From: Chloroflexota bacterium | Lineage (GTDB): Bacteria > Chloroflexota > Dehalococcoidia > Lucifugimonadales > UBA826 | DNA length: 64,000 nucleotides | Direction: 5' to 3' | Assembly (NCBI GenBank): GCA_002722155.1 | Contig: PBKS01000019.1 | Span: 60,687 to 124,686, forward strand | In this document: piece by piece, positions 18,760 to 28,521 of the stretch | How the letters are laid out: the number at the start of each line of letters is the position of its first letter | Numbering within the stretch: position 1 is the stretch's first letter | Translations under genes and position numbers: made by a program | The notes under the pieces: model-generated | Databases searched by the model: none | Told to the model about the DNA's origin: nothing | Seen by the model: the letters and a program-made list of their open reading frames with translations, nothing else

Positions 18760-19692
18760 ATGATTAGATATTCTCTAGGACGATTGCTCGGACTTCTGGG
18801 ATCTATTTTAATTATTTCCTTGATTCTTTTTGTAGCCGTCCGATGGTTACCCGGTACCCCTTGGAACGAAGCAGAAATCCCACTGCAAGGGGCCGCCAAA
18901 GAAAATATGATGAGAAAATATGGGCTAGATCAACCCATTCATGTTCAGTACGCTAAATATGTATGGAATCTTCTTCATCTAGATTTGGGTAATTCCTTCA
19001 TATACAGGACAGATACGGTTTGGGAAACGATCGCTCGCGGGTGGCCAGCAACAGCGAAGATTGGAGCTTTCACTCTCTTAATAGCTTTTTCTATGGGCAT
19101 TCCAGTGGGTATAATCGCAGCGCTTCGTCAAAATAGTCTACTCGACTATACAGTCACCTTTTTAGCCACAACGGGAATCACAGTCCCAAACTTTGCAGTG
19201 GCAGTCTGGTTGGTCATGTTTGTCTCAGTAAAAATGGACCTTCTCCCTACTCAAGGCTGGGGAACATGGCAGCATTTAGTTCTACCTGTGATAGCTTATT
19301 CTCTAGCCCCTACCAGCCTCATAGCGCGTTTTACAAGAGTCAGTATGTTAGAGGCTATGAGATCCGATTATATTCGCACCGCACGAGCTAAAGGATTAGC
19401 TGAACCGGTAGTAATACTACGTCATGTATTTAAAAATGCCCTAATCCCCATTATCACACTGGTAGGTCCTCTAATTCCAAACCTTATGACAGGTAGTATT
19501 TTTATAGAAAATACTTTTGGTATACCAGGGATTGGTCGACATTTTGTAACCAGTATTTTTGACAGAGATTACCCCGTGATAATGGGGGTGTTCATGTTAG
19601 TAGCCGTTCTCTTTGGCTTAACCTACTTTATAAGCGACATACTCTATACATGGGCCGACCCAAGAGTCAGATTAACGGATCGTAGACAATGA
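18760..19692 (+). CDS. ABC transporter permease (DppB/OppB-like)
   Basis: 310 aa, about 6 TMS. The N-terminal IRYSLGRLL and the EAA-loop region SDYIRTARAKGL are typical of the family. Confidence 0.88.
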   Translation: MIRYSLGRLLGLLGSILIISLILFVAVRWLPGTPWNEAEIPLQGAAKENMMRKYGLDQPIHVQYAKYVWNLLHLDLGNSFIYRTDTVWETIARGWPATAKIGAFTLLIAFSMGIPVGIIAALRQNSLLDYTVTFLATTGITVPNFAVAVWLVMFVSVKMDLLPTQGWGTWQHLVLPVIAYSLAPTSLIARFTRVSMLEAMRSDYIRTARAKGLAEPVVILRHVFKNALIPIITLVGPLIPNLMTGSIFIENTFGIPGIGRHFVTSIFDRDYPVIMGVFMLVAVLFGLTYFISDILYTWADPRVRLTDRRQ

Positions 19693-20564
19693 ACAGTCTT
19701 AACCAAATCGAAGAGAAGGGACAAAAGAGGCGGAAGGCTAATTTTATATGGCGTTTCCAACGTAATAAACTCGCGGTCATTGGCTTATGTATTGTTGTAG
19801 TCTGCTTTTTCATCGCAGCCTTTGCCAACTTTTTAGCTCCAACTTCATACGACGTCGGGAATTTAGTGGAGGCAAGGCAACCCCCCAGTTGGGGGCATGT
19901 GTTTGGTACTGATGGGGTTGGCCGAGATTATCTTAGTCGAATAATTTACGCGACTAGGACTTCCATAATGGTTGCTTTAGGCGTACAGGTTATAACCCTA
20001 ACCATAGGTATAAGCCTCGGCACTCTTGGTGGATATTTGGGTGGTTGGGTAGATCAAATAGTAGTAAGAATAATAGAAATCGCGACTGGAATTCCTGCTT
20101 TACTAATAGCCATGTTTATTATGGGATTACTCGGACATTCAATGTGGAACGTAATATTTGCTCTTGGCATTTCCGGTTGGGTGGTGGAAACACGTATTAC
20201 ACGTGGGCAATTTTTAGCATTCAAGGAAAGAGAGTTCGTCGTCGCAGCCCAGGCGATCGGAGCGAGTCAATTCAGAGTCGCATTTAGACACATATTCCCG
20301 AACATCATACCCATACTAGCGGTATTGCTCGCCTTCCAGGTACCTGCTGTGATCTTTAATGAGGCAGGACTTAGCTTTTTAGGACTCGGAATTGATGAAC
20401 CTGTTCCGAGTTTAGGAAAAATGATATCTACCAGTCTTGCTTATGTTCGAACCTACTGGCATATGGGTCTATTTCCCAGCTTGATGATAGCAATTATCAC
20501 CATGGGGTTTACATTTGTTGGCGATGGTTTGCGAGATGCTCTGGATCCTACCATGAACAGATAA
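19689..20564 (+). CDS. ABC transporter permease (DppC/OppC-like)
   Basis: 291 aa. ATGA overlap with the upstream permease. EAA-loop region EFVVAAQAIGAS. Confidence 0.88.
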   Translation: MNSLNQIEEKGQKRRKANFIWRFQRNKLAVIGLCIVVVCFFIAAFANFLAPTSYDVGNLVEARQPPSWGHVFGTDGVGRDYLSRIIYATRTSIMVALGVQVITLTIGISLGTLGGYLGGWVDQIVVRIIEIATGIPALLIAMFIMGLLGHSMWNVIFALGISGWVVETRITRGQFLAFKEREFVVAAQAIGASQFRVAFRHIFPNIIPILAVLLAFQVPAVIFNEAGLSFLGLGIDEPVPSLGKMISTSLAYVRTYWHMGLFPSLMIAIITMGFTFVGDGLRDALDPTMNR

Positions 20565-20697
20565 AAATCTTTTTGCCTCGTTATTCTTTAATTAATTTCT
20601 GCTTCACTAGTTAGTCTCGAAGGGTTATCCTTATTTCAAATAGAGCAATTAAACATCTCAAACCAAAGAGATATCAATAGGCCCAAGGTTTACCGAT

Positions 20698-21966
20698 ATG
20701 GTTCAATTCAAAAAAGAGACGATAACCAGTCAATGGAAATCTTTAGACATTGAAAAAGAATTACTTTCAGAAGCGGCCCGGGGCATAGGGGCAGGAAGTG
20801 CAACAGACGCAGGTCGGTTCTGGAGACTACCTACCGAACATCCTGATCCTATTATTTTAGCTGGTGGAATTCCCGATGATACAGCCTTGCCAACAGAAGA
20901 TTTAATTGACAGCTTCTCTAAGTCCATCAAAGACAATTTTAGTGATTCTCTCATGTACGGTGGTTGGTTTGGCTATGAAGGCCTACGTCAATTGATCGCT
21001 GACCGCCAAAACAAAATTGAGGGCACTGCTCTTCTACCTGACAACATAATAATGCATAACGGTAGTTCAGGCTGTTTAGAAAACATCTGCAAGGCTTTTG
21101 TGGAGCCAGGGGATATTGCAATCGTGGAATCTCCAAGCTACTCCGGTACGGTGAGAGCTATTCGAGGTTTTAGGGCAGAGATAGTTGAAGTCCCGATGGA
21201 TAAAGAGGGGATTAACCCTGATTCGTTTAAAGAAACTGTGGAATCTTTGACTGCTCAAGGAAGAAAAATAAAGCTTTTCTATACCATCCCTGATTATCAC
21301 AACCCGATGGGAAACGTGACATCACTGCAAATCCGACAAGAAATACTTGAGATATGTGCGAAACACAAAATTCTGATTGCTGAAGATGCCGCATACACCG
21401 AACTTTACTACGATACCCCTCCACCTCCGTCCTATTACGCCTTGTCGGATGGTCACGGGGTTATAAAAATGTGTAGTTTCAGTAAAATTTTAGCCACTGG
21501 GTTAAGATCTGGCTGGATTCAAGCCAGAGATGAATTTGCGGAACCGTTAACTAAGGTCCGATTTGACATGGGCAACAGCCCACTTGTTCATTATGCCCTG
21601 GCAAACCTAATGGAATCCGGCAAGTTGGATACCCACATTGCCTCTATGAGGGCTCTATATAAAGCCAAATGCAGGACAATGATTGATTCGCTCAAGAAAA
21701 ACTGTGGTTCTTACATAGAATTGGATGAGCCAGCGGGAGGTTATTTTCTTTGGGTTAAATGTACTCAATCAAAAGCGGTTGATTTGATTCAGGCAGCAGC
21801 AGCAGAAGGTGTCGTTTTCCCTTTAGGGTCAATCTTCTATGTTGATAGTTCTCTAGATGATTCTCACTTCAGATTGGCTTTCACACGTGCTTCGTTTGAA
21901 CATCTTGAGGAAGCGAGCAAACGAATCGGGAAAGCTTTTGAAAGGGTGTTAGATAACCAAAATTAA
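20698..21966 (+). CDS. Class-I/II PLP-dependent aminotransferase (2-aminoadipate/aromatic aminotransferase-like)
   Basis: 422 aa. SFSKILATGLRSGW PLP-lysine motif and PDYHNPMG motif. Confidence 0.8.
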   Translation: MVQFKKETITSQWKSLDIEKELLSEAARGIGAGSATDAGRFWRLPTEHPDPIILAGGIPDDTALPTEDLIDSFSKSIKDNFSDSLMYGGWFGYEGLRQLIADRQNKIEGTALLPDNIIMHNGSSGCLENICKAFVEPGDIAIVESPSYSGTVRAIRGFRAEIVEVPMDKEGINPDSFKETVESLTAQGRKIKLFYTIPDYHNPMGNVTSLQIRQEILEICAKHKILIAEDAAYTELYYDTPPPPSYYALSDGHGVIKMCSFSKILATGLRSGWIQARDEFAEPLTKVRFDMGNSPLVHYALANLMESGKLDTHIASMRALYKAKCRTMIDSLKKNCGSYIELDEPAGGYFLWVKCTQSKAVDLIQAAAAEGVVFPLGSIFYVDSSLDDSHFRLAFTRASFEHLEEASKRIGKAFERVLDNQN

Positions 21967-22008
21967 ACATTTTTAGTGTAATACCATGTGATTTGTGGAG
22001 TGTTAGGA

Positions 22009-23127
22009 TTGATAATCGGGGTTCCCAAAGAAATTAAACCTGACGAAAACAGAGTCTCTCTTCCTCCTGATAAAGTTGAGGTTTTAGTATCAGACGGCCA
22101 TAAAGTGTTGGTCGAATCTGAAGCAGGACAAGGATCTCGATTCTCTAACAATAACTATTTGTACGGGGCCGGTGCAACTATAGTGTCAGATCCGGCAGAA
22201 ATATATGGTGCGGCGGAAATTATAGTAAAGGTTAAAGAACCTCAACCAGAGGAATTTAATTTAATACAATCGGGCCAGACAATATTTACATATCTTCACC
22301 TGGCAGCTGAACCAGATTTGCTTAATTGTATGTTAGAAAAAAATGTTACTGGGGTTGCTTACGAAACTGTTGAAGACGATAAAGGCAGACTAGTACTTCT
22401 TCATCCGATGAGTGAAATTGCGGGACGCCTTGTTTCACAAGTCTCGGCCCGATTACTGACCAATATCGAAAGTGGAGTTGGCAAATTGCTCAGCGGAGTG
22501 CCGGGCTCTGGTAATTGTGAAGCCTTCATCATAGGAGGTGGCACGGTAGGTCTAAATGCAGCAATAGCACTAATGGGGGCCGGGGCCGATGTAACAGTTG
22601 CTGATATTAATTTAGATAGAATCAGGGAAATTGACACCCTTACGGGCGGGCAAGTCAAAACTATATATCCAACACCAGCGGCATTGACTGAAAAAATTAG
22701 CTCATCAGAAGTGGTTGTAGGCGCTGTATTAGTACCTGGTGCGAAAGCCCCTAGAATAGTTACTCGTGATATGGTGAAAGATATGATGCCAGGAGGCGTA
22801 ATTATCGACGTAGCCATTGACCAAGGGGGTTGCGTTGACGATATAAAACCCACTACACATCAAAACCCTACTTACATACAAAATGACGTCATACACTATG
22901 CTGTAACCAACATGCCAGGAATAGTCGGCCACACAGCCAGCATATCTCTTTCAAATGCTACTCTCCCTTATATTAGATCTATTGCATCAAATGGGGTGGC
23001 AAAAACGATCTCTGCAGATCACAACCTAGCGAAAGGTGTAAATACTTTGTGCGGACAGATAACACATCCCGCTTTAGCAGAGAGTTTGAGTATGGCCTAT
23101 GAAGATCCAAAAGAAATGCTTTCGTAA
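22009..23127 (+). CDS. ald: Alanine dehydrogenase
   Basis: MIIGVPKEIKPDENRV N-terminus and NAD fold IIGGGTVGLNAA. I prefer the TTG at 22009 (GGAG 9 nt upstream) to the GTG at 21988 in the ORF track. Confidence 0.88.
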   Translation: MIIGVPKEIKPDENRVSLPPDKVEVLVSDGHKVLVESEAGQGSRFSNNNYLYGAGATIVSDPAEIYGAAEIIVKVKEPQPEEFNLIQSGQTIFTYLHLAAEPDLLNCMLEKNVTGVAYETVEDDKGRLVLLHPMSEIAGRLVSQVSARLLTNIESGVGKLLSGVPGSGNCEAFIIGGGTVGLNAAIALMGAGADVTVADINLDRIREIDTLTGGQVKTIYPTPAALTEKISSSEVVVGAVLVPGAKAPRIVTRDMVKDMMPGGVIIDVAIDQGGCVDDIKPTTHQNPTYIQNDVIHYAVTNMPGIVGHTASISLSNATLPYIRSIASNGVAKTISADHNLAKGVNTLCGQITHPALAESLSMAYEDPKEMLS

Positions 23128-23149
23128 TTCCTACACAAACTAAGAAATA

Positions 23150-23863
23150 ATGAAAGAGGACGAGACCATGGTCTCTGCTATTGTTTCCAATATTAGACAA
23201 GAGACCCCCTCTACAAAATCCTTTGATTTGACCCCCATAACCGGCAAAGTCCATTTTCTGCCCGGTCAATGGGTCGATGTACTTGTTCAGATAAACGGTC
23301 GTACAGAAATCGGGGGCTATTCCATTACCTCAAATCCATCCCAAAAGGGGTCAATTTCGCTTGCTGTAAAAGATCTCAATAACGACTTTATGACTAGATA
23401 CATCCATGATTCTATGGTAGATGGCGATATGGTTTCCTTTAACGTTGGTGGAACTTGCACTTACAGCGAAGAAAAAAACGATGCCCTCCTATTGGCAGGA
23501 GGAATAGGCATTACTCCTTTAATGAGCATTTTCAAGAATATCGGAGAGGACACAGATCACAAAGCTTTACTTTTTCACAGCGCATCTTGTTCAAATGAGT
23601 TTCTCTTTGAAGAGGAGATTAAAACTCTTTGCCTGCAACACCCTAACCGTCTTTTCTACCGACAAACACTATCAAGAAATTCTGAACAATTAAGAAATCA
23701 AACATTTGGAAGAATTACCAAAAGCAAGTTGCAGAAATTGCCCGTATTGTGTTTTGATGCTGTTTTTCTCTGCGGTCCAGATAAATTTATAAGCGATATT
23801 TACGAGTGTTTAATTGAAATCGGTTTTGATAAAAATCATATCTATTACGAAAAATGGTGGTAG
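23150..23863 (+). CDS. FNR-like FAD/NAD(P)-binding oxidoreductase
   Basis: 237 aa. GGYSITS (RxYS-like FAD motif) and LLAGGIGITPLMS (NAD(P) motif). Confidence 0.75.
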   Translation: MKEDETMVSAIVSNIRQETPSTKSFDLTPITGKVHFLPGQWVDVLVQINGRTEIGGYSITSNPSQKGSISLAVKDLNNDFMTRYIHDSMVDGDMVSFNVGGTCTYSEEKNDALLLAGGIGITPLMSIFKNIGEDTDHKALLFHSASCSNEFLFEEEIKTLCLQHPNRLFYRQTLSRNSEQLRNQTFGRITKSKLQKLPVLCFDAVFLCGPDKFISDIYECLIEIGFDKNHIYYEKWW

Positions 23864-24118
23864 ATTCTGACCGAACACCAAGGAAGAGAATCACAGCGCT
23901 TAAAAGTTCGTGCTCTTTCGTGCTCTATTGTTTGGACCTAGGACAACACGAATGTTGAATTTCTGATTCTTCCAACGTATTCTCTTCTTCATTTTCAGAC
24001 TTTTCTTTTTTTTCCTGCGACATCCTTCCAATAAATTCGAATGCATCTGTGGGTTGTGTGGAGAATTCCTTCTCTTCTTTTGACATGGCCTGGAAAAACG
24101 CCCCTAACCGTTTGGGTA

Positions 24119-24193
24119 TGGAGCCGACGGTCAGGTTCGAACTGACGACCTGCTGTTTACAAAACAGCTGCTCTACCACTGAGCTACGTCGGC
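24119..24193 (-). tRNA. tRNA-Thr (anticodon UGU), CCA encoded
   Basis: Manual cloverleaf: acceptor gccgacg/cgtcggc, D arm gctc-agtggta-gagc, anticodon arm gctgt-TTTGTAA-acagc, T arm gtcag-ttcgaac-ctgac, discriminator U plus CCA. Confidence 0.9.
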
Positions 24194-24251
24194 ATGATGG
24201 TTTGCTATTAAAAGTCTAACTCAATAGCGACTATTTTGCTAAGAGAATCCC

Positions 24252-24282
24252 AATAAATAGTATTGATTGAATACTATTTATT
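24252..24282 (-). terminator. AT-rich perfect hairpin between obg and tRNA-Thr
   Basis: aataaatagtat / atactatttatt, a 12-bp perfect inverted repeat with a 7-nt loop and T-rich flanks. Lies downstream of the obg stop. Confidence 0.45.
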
Positions 24283-24388
24283 TTCTATTTCCTTAAATAA
24301 TCTATTTCATGTGGATTACATTACTAATATATCTTAATGGGAAGTCAAACCAAGCCTCCAGGGTTAGATGCGGTCTTAAAAAGAATGA

Positions 24389-25660
24389 CTAATCCCATTC
24401 CCACTCTACATTGCCAATCCGAACGGTATCACCTTCTGATATGCCCGCTTCCTCTAAAGCCTTTACCACCCCTGTCTTTTGCATATGTTTATAGAACTGC
24501 ATCCTTGCAAGCCAGTCTTCATAATCTATTCTCTGGGCAATTCTTTCCACTCCGGGTGCTTGTACTATGAACACTCCATTTTCATGTGAAATAGAAACAC
24601 CTCTGCGCTTCGGTTCTGGCCGCAATATGGCGATATTTTCTTCTGTTGCTTCAAAAGAAAGTTTGGATGGAATGGTGTTCGGCAATTCGGATAAGACCTG
24701 CACAACTTCATCCATCATAGGCCCAATACCCTCTCCTGACACTGCCGAAACTATATGGAACCGCCAACCAGATTGACCCATAGCATCTCTTATGTCTTCA
24801 GCTAAAATCCTAACTTCATCTAAATCGACTTTATTAATAGCCAGAATTTGTGGTTTCCCAATTAGTGCTTCATTAAACATTTCCAACTCTCTATTGATCT
24901 TCCGGAAATCTCCGCTGGGATCTTCTGACGTGCCGTCCACAAGGTGTATAAGAACCTTAGTCCTTTCAATATGCCGAAGAAATTCATGTCCAAGGCCAAC
25001 TCCTTTATGGGCGCCCTCTATTAAACCAGGAATATCTACCATGACAAAATCTTTATCTCGATGTTCCACAATTCCTAAAACAGGATCAATCGTTGTAAAT
25101 GGGTAGTTAGCGATCTTAGGACGAGCCGCAGTTAGAAAAGTTATTAGACTAGATTTACCCGCGTTTGGAACACCAATTATTCCTACGTCAGCTATTAACT
25201 TCAATTCTAACCTGAGAGACTTTTTGAGGCCTTCTTCTCCGGCTTGTGCTATTACAGGATATTGACTAGTTGAAGACGAATATTTGACATTTCCATAGCC
25301 CCCTCTTCCTCCGGGTGCACCAATATATTCCTCTCCAGTGCTTAATATATCAGCTATCACACGACCATCTTCATTTAATATTTGTGTACCTACAGGAACC
25401 CTAATAACTACATCATCTCCATTTTTTCCATGCTTCTTTGCCTTGGCACCATTTTCACCATTACCGGCCGCAAAATTCTTTTCATACCTAAAGTTAATCA
25501 ACGTGTTTTCATTGTGATCTCCGACGATCACCACATTTCCACCTCTACCTCCGTCACCTCCATCAGGCCCTCCCCGCGGAACGAACTTTTCATGACGGCC
25601 GCTGATGGCCCCGTCCCCACCTGAGCCACTTGTTATTTGAATTAGTACACTATCTATCAT
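24389..25660 (-). CDS. obg: GTPase Obg/CgtA
   Basis: 423 aa. Gly-rich Obg fold (GGDGGRGGNVV), G1 GVPNAGKSS, G3 DIPGLIEGA, G4 NKVD, and a C-terminal OCT-like domain. Confidence 0.95.
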   Translation of the reverse strand: MIDSVLIQITSGSGGDGAISGRHEKFVPRGGPDGGDGGRGGNVVIVGDHNENTLINFRYEKNFAAGNGENGAKAKKHGKNGDDVVIRVPVGTQILNEDGRVIADILSTGEEYIGAPGGRGGYGNVKYSSSTSQYPVIAQAGEEGLKKSLRLELKLIADVGIIGVPNAGKSSLITFLTAARPKIANYPFTTIDPVLGIVEHRDKDFVMVDIPGLIEGAHKGVGLGHEFLRHIERTKVLIHLVDGTSEDPSGDFRKINRELEMFNEALIGKPQILAINKVDLDEVRILAEDIRDAMGQSGWRFHIVSAVSGEGIGPMMDEVVQVLSELPNTIPSKLSFEATEENIAILRPEPKRRGVSISHENGVFIVQAPGVERIAQRIDYEDWLARMQFYKHMQKTGVVKALEEAGISEGDTVRIGNVEWEWD

Positions 25661-25678
25661 TTATCGATTCCCAATAGG

Positions 25679-25839
25679 TGTAGATAACAATCATATTAAT
25701 AAAACTGTTTGATTTGTGGAAATTTCCTCACATCAGGAGGTGGATATGACTAAATTTTATCATGATAATTAGTGGGAGCCTTGTTGATAATATTGAAAAT
25801 ATTGGGATAGACATTTGTATATGGAAACAATGTGGATAA
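25679..25839 (+). promoter_or_regulatory. Cluster of five same-orientation DnaA-box-like 9-mers
   Basis: TGTAGATAA 25679 (1 mismatch), TGTGGAAAT 25715 (2), GGTGGATAT 25739 (2), TGTTGATAA 25782 (1), TGTGGATAA 25831 (0), all scored against TGTGGATAA. Lies in the AT-rich 313-bp intergenic region. Confidence 0.5.
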
Positions 25840-25906
25840 TAAGGGTCACTTGTCACCAACATCCCCTCTTGATATTAACTAAATAGCTTTATAATTACCC
25901 TGACTG

Positions 25907-25923
25907 TCCACACTATGTGTGGA
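25907..25923. promoter_or_regulatory. Perfect palindrome tccacac-tat-gtgtgga upstream of the lyase gene
   Basis: 7-bp arms with a 3-bp spacer. Each arm contains the TCCACA DnaA-box core. Lies 51 nt upstream of the ATG at 25974. Confidence 0.4.
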
Positions 25924-25973
25924 AGATTTTATAGACCGGTAGTCTTGGAAAATTGAGGAGATAAAGGGAAGAG

Positions 25974-27320
25974 ATGGCACCTTATATTAAAAACAAAACG
26001 GAAATCAGTGAAATGTTCAATGAAACGAACATTTTTCAGTCATATTTGGATGTAGAAGCAGCATTGGCCCGAGCCCAAGCGAAACAAGAAATTATCCCAA
26101 CCATGGCAGCGGAGATAATATCTGAAAAAGCAAAACTAGAACTTTTGAACACAGAAAGGATCTATGAGGGATTGGATAAAACAGGGCACCCTTTGGTCCC
26201 GTTGATTTGGGAACTGGATAGAGTTTGCGGCGAAGAAGCAGGCGGATATATACATTGGGGAGCTACAACGCAGAACATTACCCAGACCGGAAAACTCCTG
26301 TTAATTAGAAAATGCCATAACATTTTTCTAAAGGATCTAGGAAATTTACTTCACATCCTTGGAAATTTGGCAGCAGAGACCAAAGATTATGCTATGCCGG
26401 GTAGAACGCATGGTCAGCATGCAGTTCCGGCAACTTTCGGATACAAGGTTGCAGTGTGGATAGATGAATTAATGCGACATGTTGACCGTTTGAAAGATAG
26501 CGAGGACCGTGTTTTTGTAGCCATGCTGGGGGGTGGAGCAGGAACTATGGCATCTGTAGGCATGGAAGGTCTTGAAACCCAACGATTGATAGGTGAAGAA
26601 CTTGGATTTGGTTCGATGTCAATGCCTTCCAGAGTGATTGGAGATCATCTTACAGAGTACATTATGATTCTAGCTATGTTAGCAGCTACGGCGAGCAAAA
26701 TGTCTAGAGAAATTTATACCATGATGAAACAGGAATTTGGTGAAGTAGAGGAACCCATCCCTATCGGCGCGGTTGGGTCATCAACGATGCCTCAGAAAAG
26801 GAATCCTCATTTATGTCAAGATGTTGTTGCTTGGGCAGCGGAGGTGAGAACATTTGTACCTATGTCTTTGGAAGCTATGCAAACTGAGCATGAGGCAGAT
26901 AAAACCACTAGCATCATGATAAATTCTGCCATTGACAGAACATGTATTTTGGTTGCCCAGATAACCAACGGTCTAATCGAAGTATTCTCTGACTTGAAAG
27001 TATTTCCGGAAAGGATGAGACAAAATCTAGATCTTAGTGGAGGGCTGATACTTTCCGAAAGAATCATGTTGGAATTAGGGCAGAAAATGGGCCGGCAAAA
27101 AGCCCATGATGCGGTCTATGAAGCGGCCCAAAGATCCGTTAATGAAAAAAGACCATTTACTGAAACTCTGCAAGAGGAACCAGAAGTTGCTAAACATTTA
27201 ACTAAAGAAGAAATATTAGGATTATTAGACCCTGAACAATATACAGGGCTATCTGCATATTTTGCGGAAGAATTTGCGATAAAGGCAGAACAAAAAAGCA
27301 AGGAACTTCTTGGCCGCTAA
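25974..27320 (+). CDS. Fumarate-lyase superfamily enzyme (adenylosuccinate lyase / 3-carboxymuconate cycloisomerase-like)
   Basis: 448 aa. Signature GSSTMPQKRNP and the TQNITQTG and GRTHGQHA motifs. Confidence 0.85.
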   Translation: MAPYIKNKTEISEMFNETNIFQSYLDVEAALARAQAKQEIIPTMAAEIISEKAKLELLNTERIYEGLDKTGHPLVPLIWELDRVCGEEAGGYIHWGATTQNITQTGKLLLIRKCHNIFLKDLGNLLHILGNLAAETKDYAMPGRTHGQHAVPATFGYKVAVWIDELMRHVDRLKDSEDRVFVAMLGGGAGTMASVGMEGLETQRLIGEELGFGSMSMPSRVIGDHLTEYIMILAMLAATASKMSREIYTMMKQEFGEVEEPIPIGAVGSSTMPQKRNPHLCQDVVAWAAEVRTFVPMSLEAMQTEHEADKTTSIMINSAIDRTCILVAQITNGLIEVFSDLKVFPERMRQNLDLSGGLILSERIMLELGQKMGRQKAHDAVYEAAQRSVNEKRPFTETLQEEPEVAKHLTKEEILGLLDPEQYTGLSAYFAEEFAIKAEQKSKELLGR

Positions 27321-27324
27321 AAGA

Positions 27325-28521
27325 CTAAATATTTATAGGTAAGTGCTTTGGAATGACCCCTTTTTTTCTTAATTGGTCAATTTCTTCAACTTTCAATCCT
27401 AACTCTTCTAACACTGCAACAGTATCGGCACCGAAAGTAGACGGAGAAACATCTTGCAAAGGTGTCTTCGACATAATAACTGGGTTACCAGCCCATGTAG
27501 TATTTCCCCATGAGGATTTGGAATTCTGCGAATCTGAATAATCCTTTCCCTGGATGAGACCTCGAATATGATTGTATTCATCTTCGTGTATTTCCGCCGC
27601 TGTCATATTTTTTACCAAGGGAATACCAGCGGACCTCATGATGTTCACCCAATATGCAGTGGACTCCGAAAGAAAAATCGGTTCCAATTTTTTTCGTAGC
27701 ATTACATCATTCTTAGAACGTAAGGCCTCTGTGGAGAATACTTCCATAGAGGCAATTTCTGAAAATTTAGCAAGATTGGAAAAAGATAGCCACTGCTCTG
27801 TTAACGAAGCATTTAAAAACACCCAACTATCTGAAGATTCGTATAAACCATTCAATGCACTTAATCCCCTTAGTCCTGGGCCACCAACATCCTCCCTTAC
27901 ATAGGTTTCATGAGTTATGTGATACGGGCCAGAAAATGTAGCAGATGTGTGAGATAGGGCTGCTTCGACATGTTGCCCTTTTCCTGTCTTTTCTCTTTCC
28001 AAAAGAGCCATCATTACGCCGGACGCTGCCGCTATTCCAGTTCCATAATCATTTAAAGTAAAAGTAGCTGGCCGAGGTTGACCTTTTCCGCCACTATTTC
28101 TTAGTTGTACGCCTGTGGCAGCCTGAGCGTTTTGTTCGAAACCAGGCCTAAGTTCCCAAGGTCCTGATCTACCGAAGCAATTAATTGAAGCGTATACGAT
28201 GCCCGAATTTCTGGCTCTGAGTTGTTTGTAACCTATTCCTAATCTGTCTGCTACTCCTTTCCTGAATCCTTCTAAAATGACGTCAGCGGAATCGACCAAT
28301 TTTAGGAATGTGTTTAATCCATCAGTGGTCGAAATATTCAAAACAACACTTCGTTTGCCTCTGCCTACATCCAGCCATGGTGTTAATTGAGGCGGGCGAT
28401 GCTCTGGATCAATTTTTATTACTTCAGCACCATATTGTGCCAAGGTTCTTCCGCATGTTGGTCCAGCTAGGACGATGCACAAATCTAGAACTCGGATACC
28501 CGTCAAAGGTAAGTTAGTCAT
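27325..28521 (-). CDS. Family-III CoA-transferase (CaiB/BaiF family)
   Basis: 398 aa. N-terminal LTGIRVLDLCIVLAGPTCGRTLAQYGAEVIKI and catalytic Asp context LNDYGTG. Confidence 0.85.
   Translation of the reverse strand: MTNLPLTGIRVLDLCIVLAGPTCGRTLAQYGAEVIKIDPEHRPPQLTPWLDVGRGKRSVVLNISTTDGLNTFLKLVDSADVILEGFRKGVADRLGIGYKQLRARNSGIVYASINCFGRSGPWELRPGFEQNAQAATGVQLRNSGGKGQPRPATFTLNDYGTGIAAASGVMMALLEREKTGKGQHVEAALSHTSATFSGPYHITHETYVREDVGGPGLRGLSALNGLYESSDSWVFLNASLTEQWLSFSNLAKFSEIASMEVFSTEALRSKNDVMLRKKLEPIFLSESTAYWVNIMRSAGIPLVKNMTAAEIHEDEYNHIRGLIQGKDYSDSQNSKSSWGNTTWAGNPVIMSKTPLQDVSPSTFGADTVAVLEELGLKVEEIDQLRKKGVIPKHLPINI

Noticed and set aside
22401-22853. 150-aa minus-strand ORF
   Set aside because: It lies entirely antisense within the alanine dehydrogenase gene, and its low-complexity product has no recognisable motifs.
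23925-24179. 84-aa ORF overlapping tRNA-Thr, including a possible 53-aa acidic peptide from the ATG at 24086
   Set aside because: The N-terminal part is simply the tRNA read as protein. The shorter version lacks an SD and has low-complexity E/K content. There is not enough support to call a gene.
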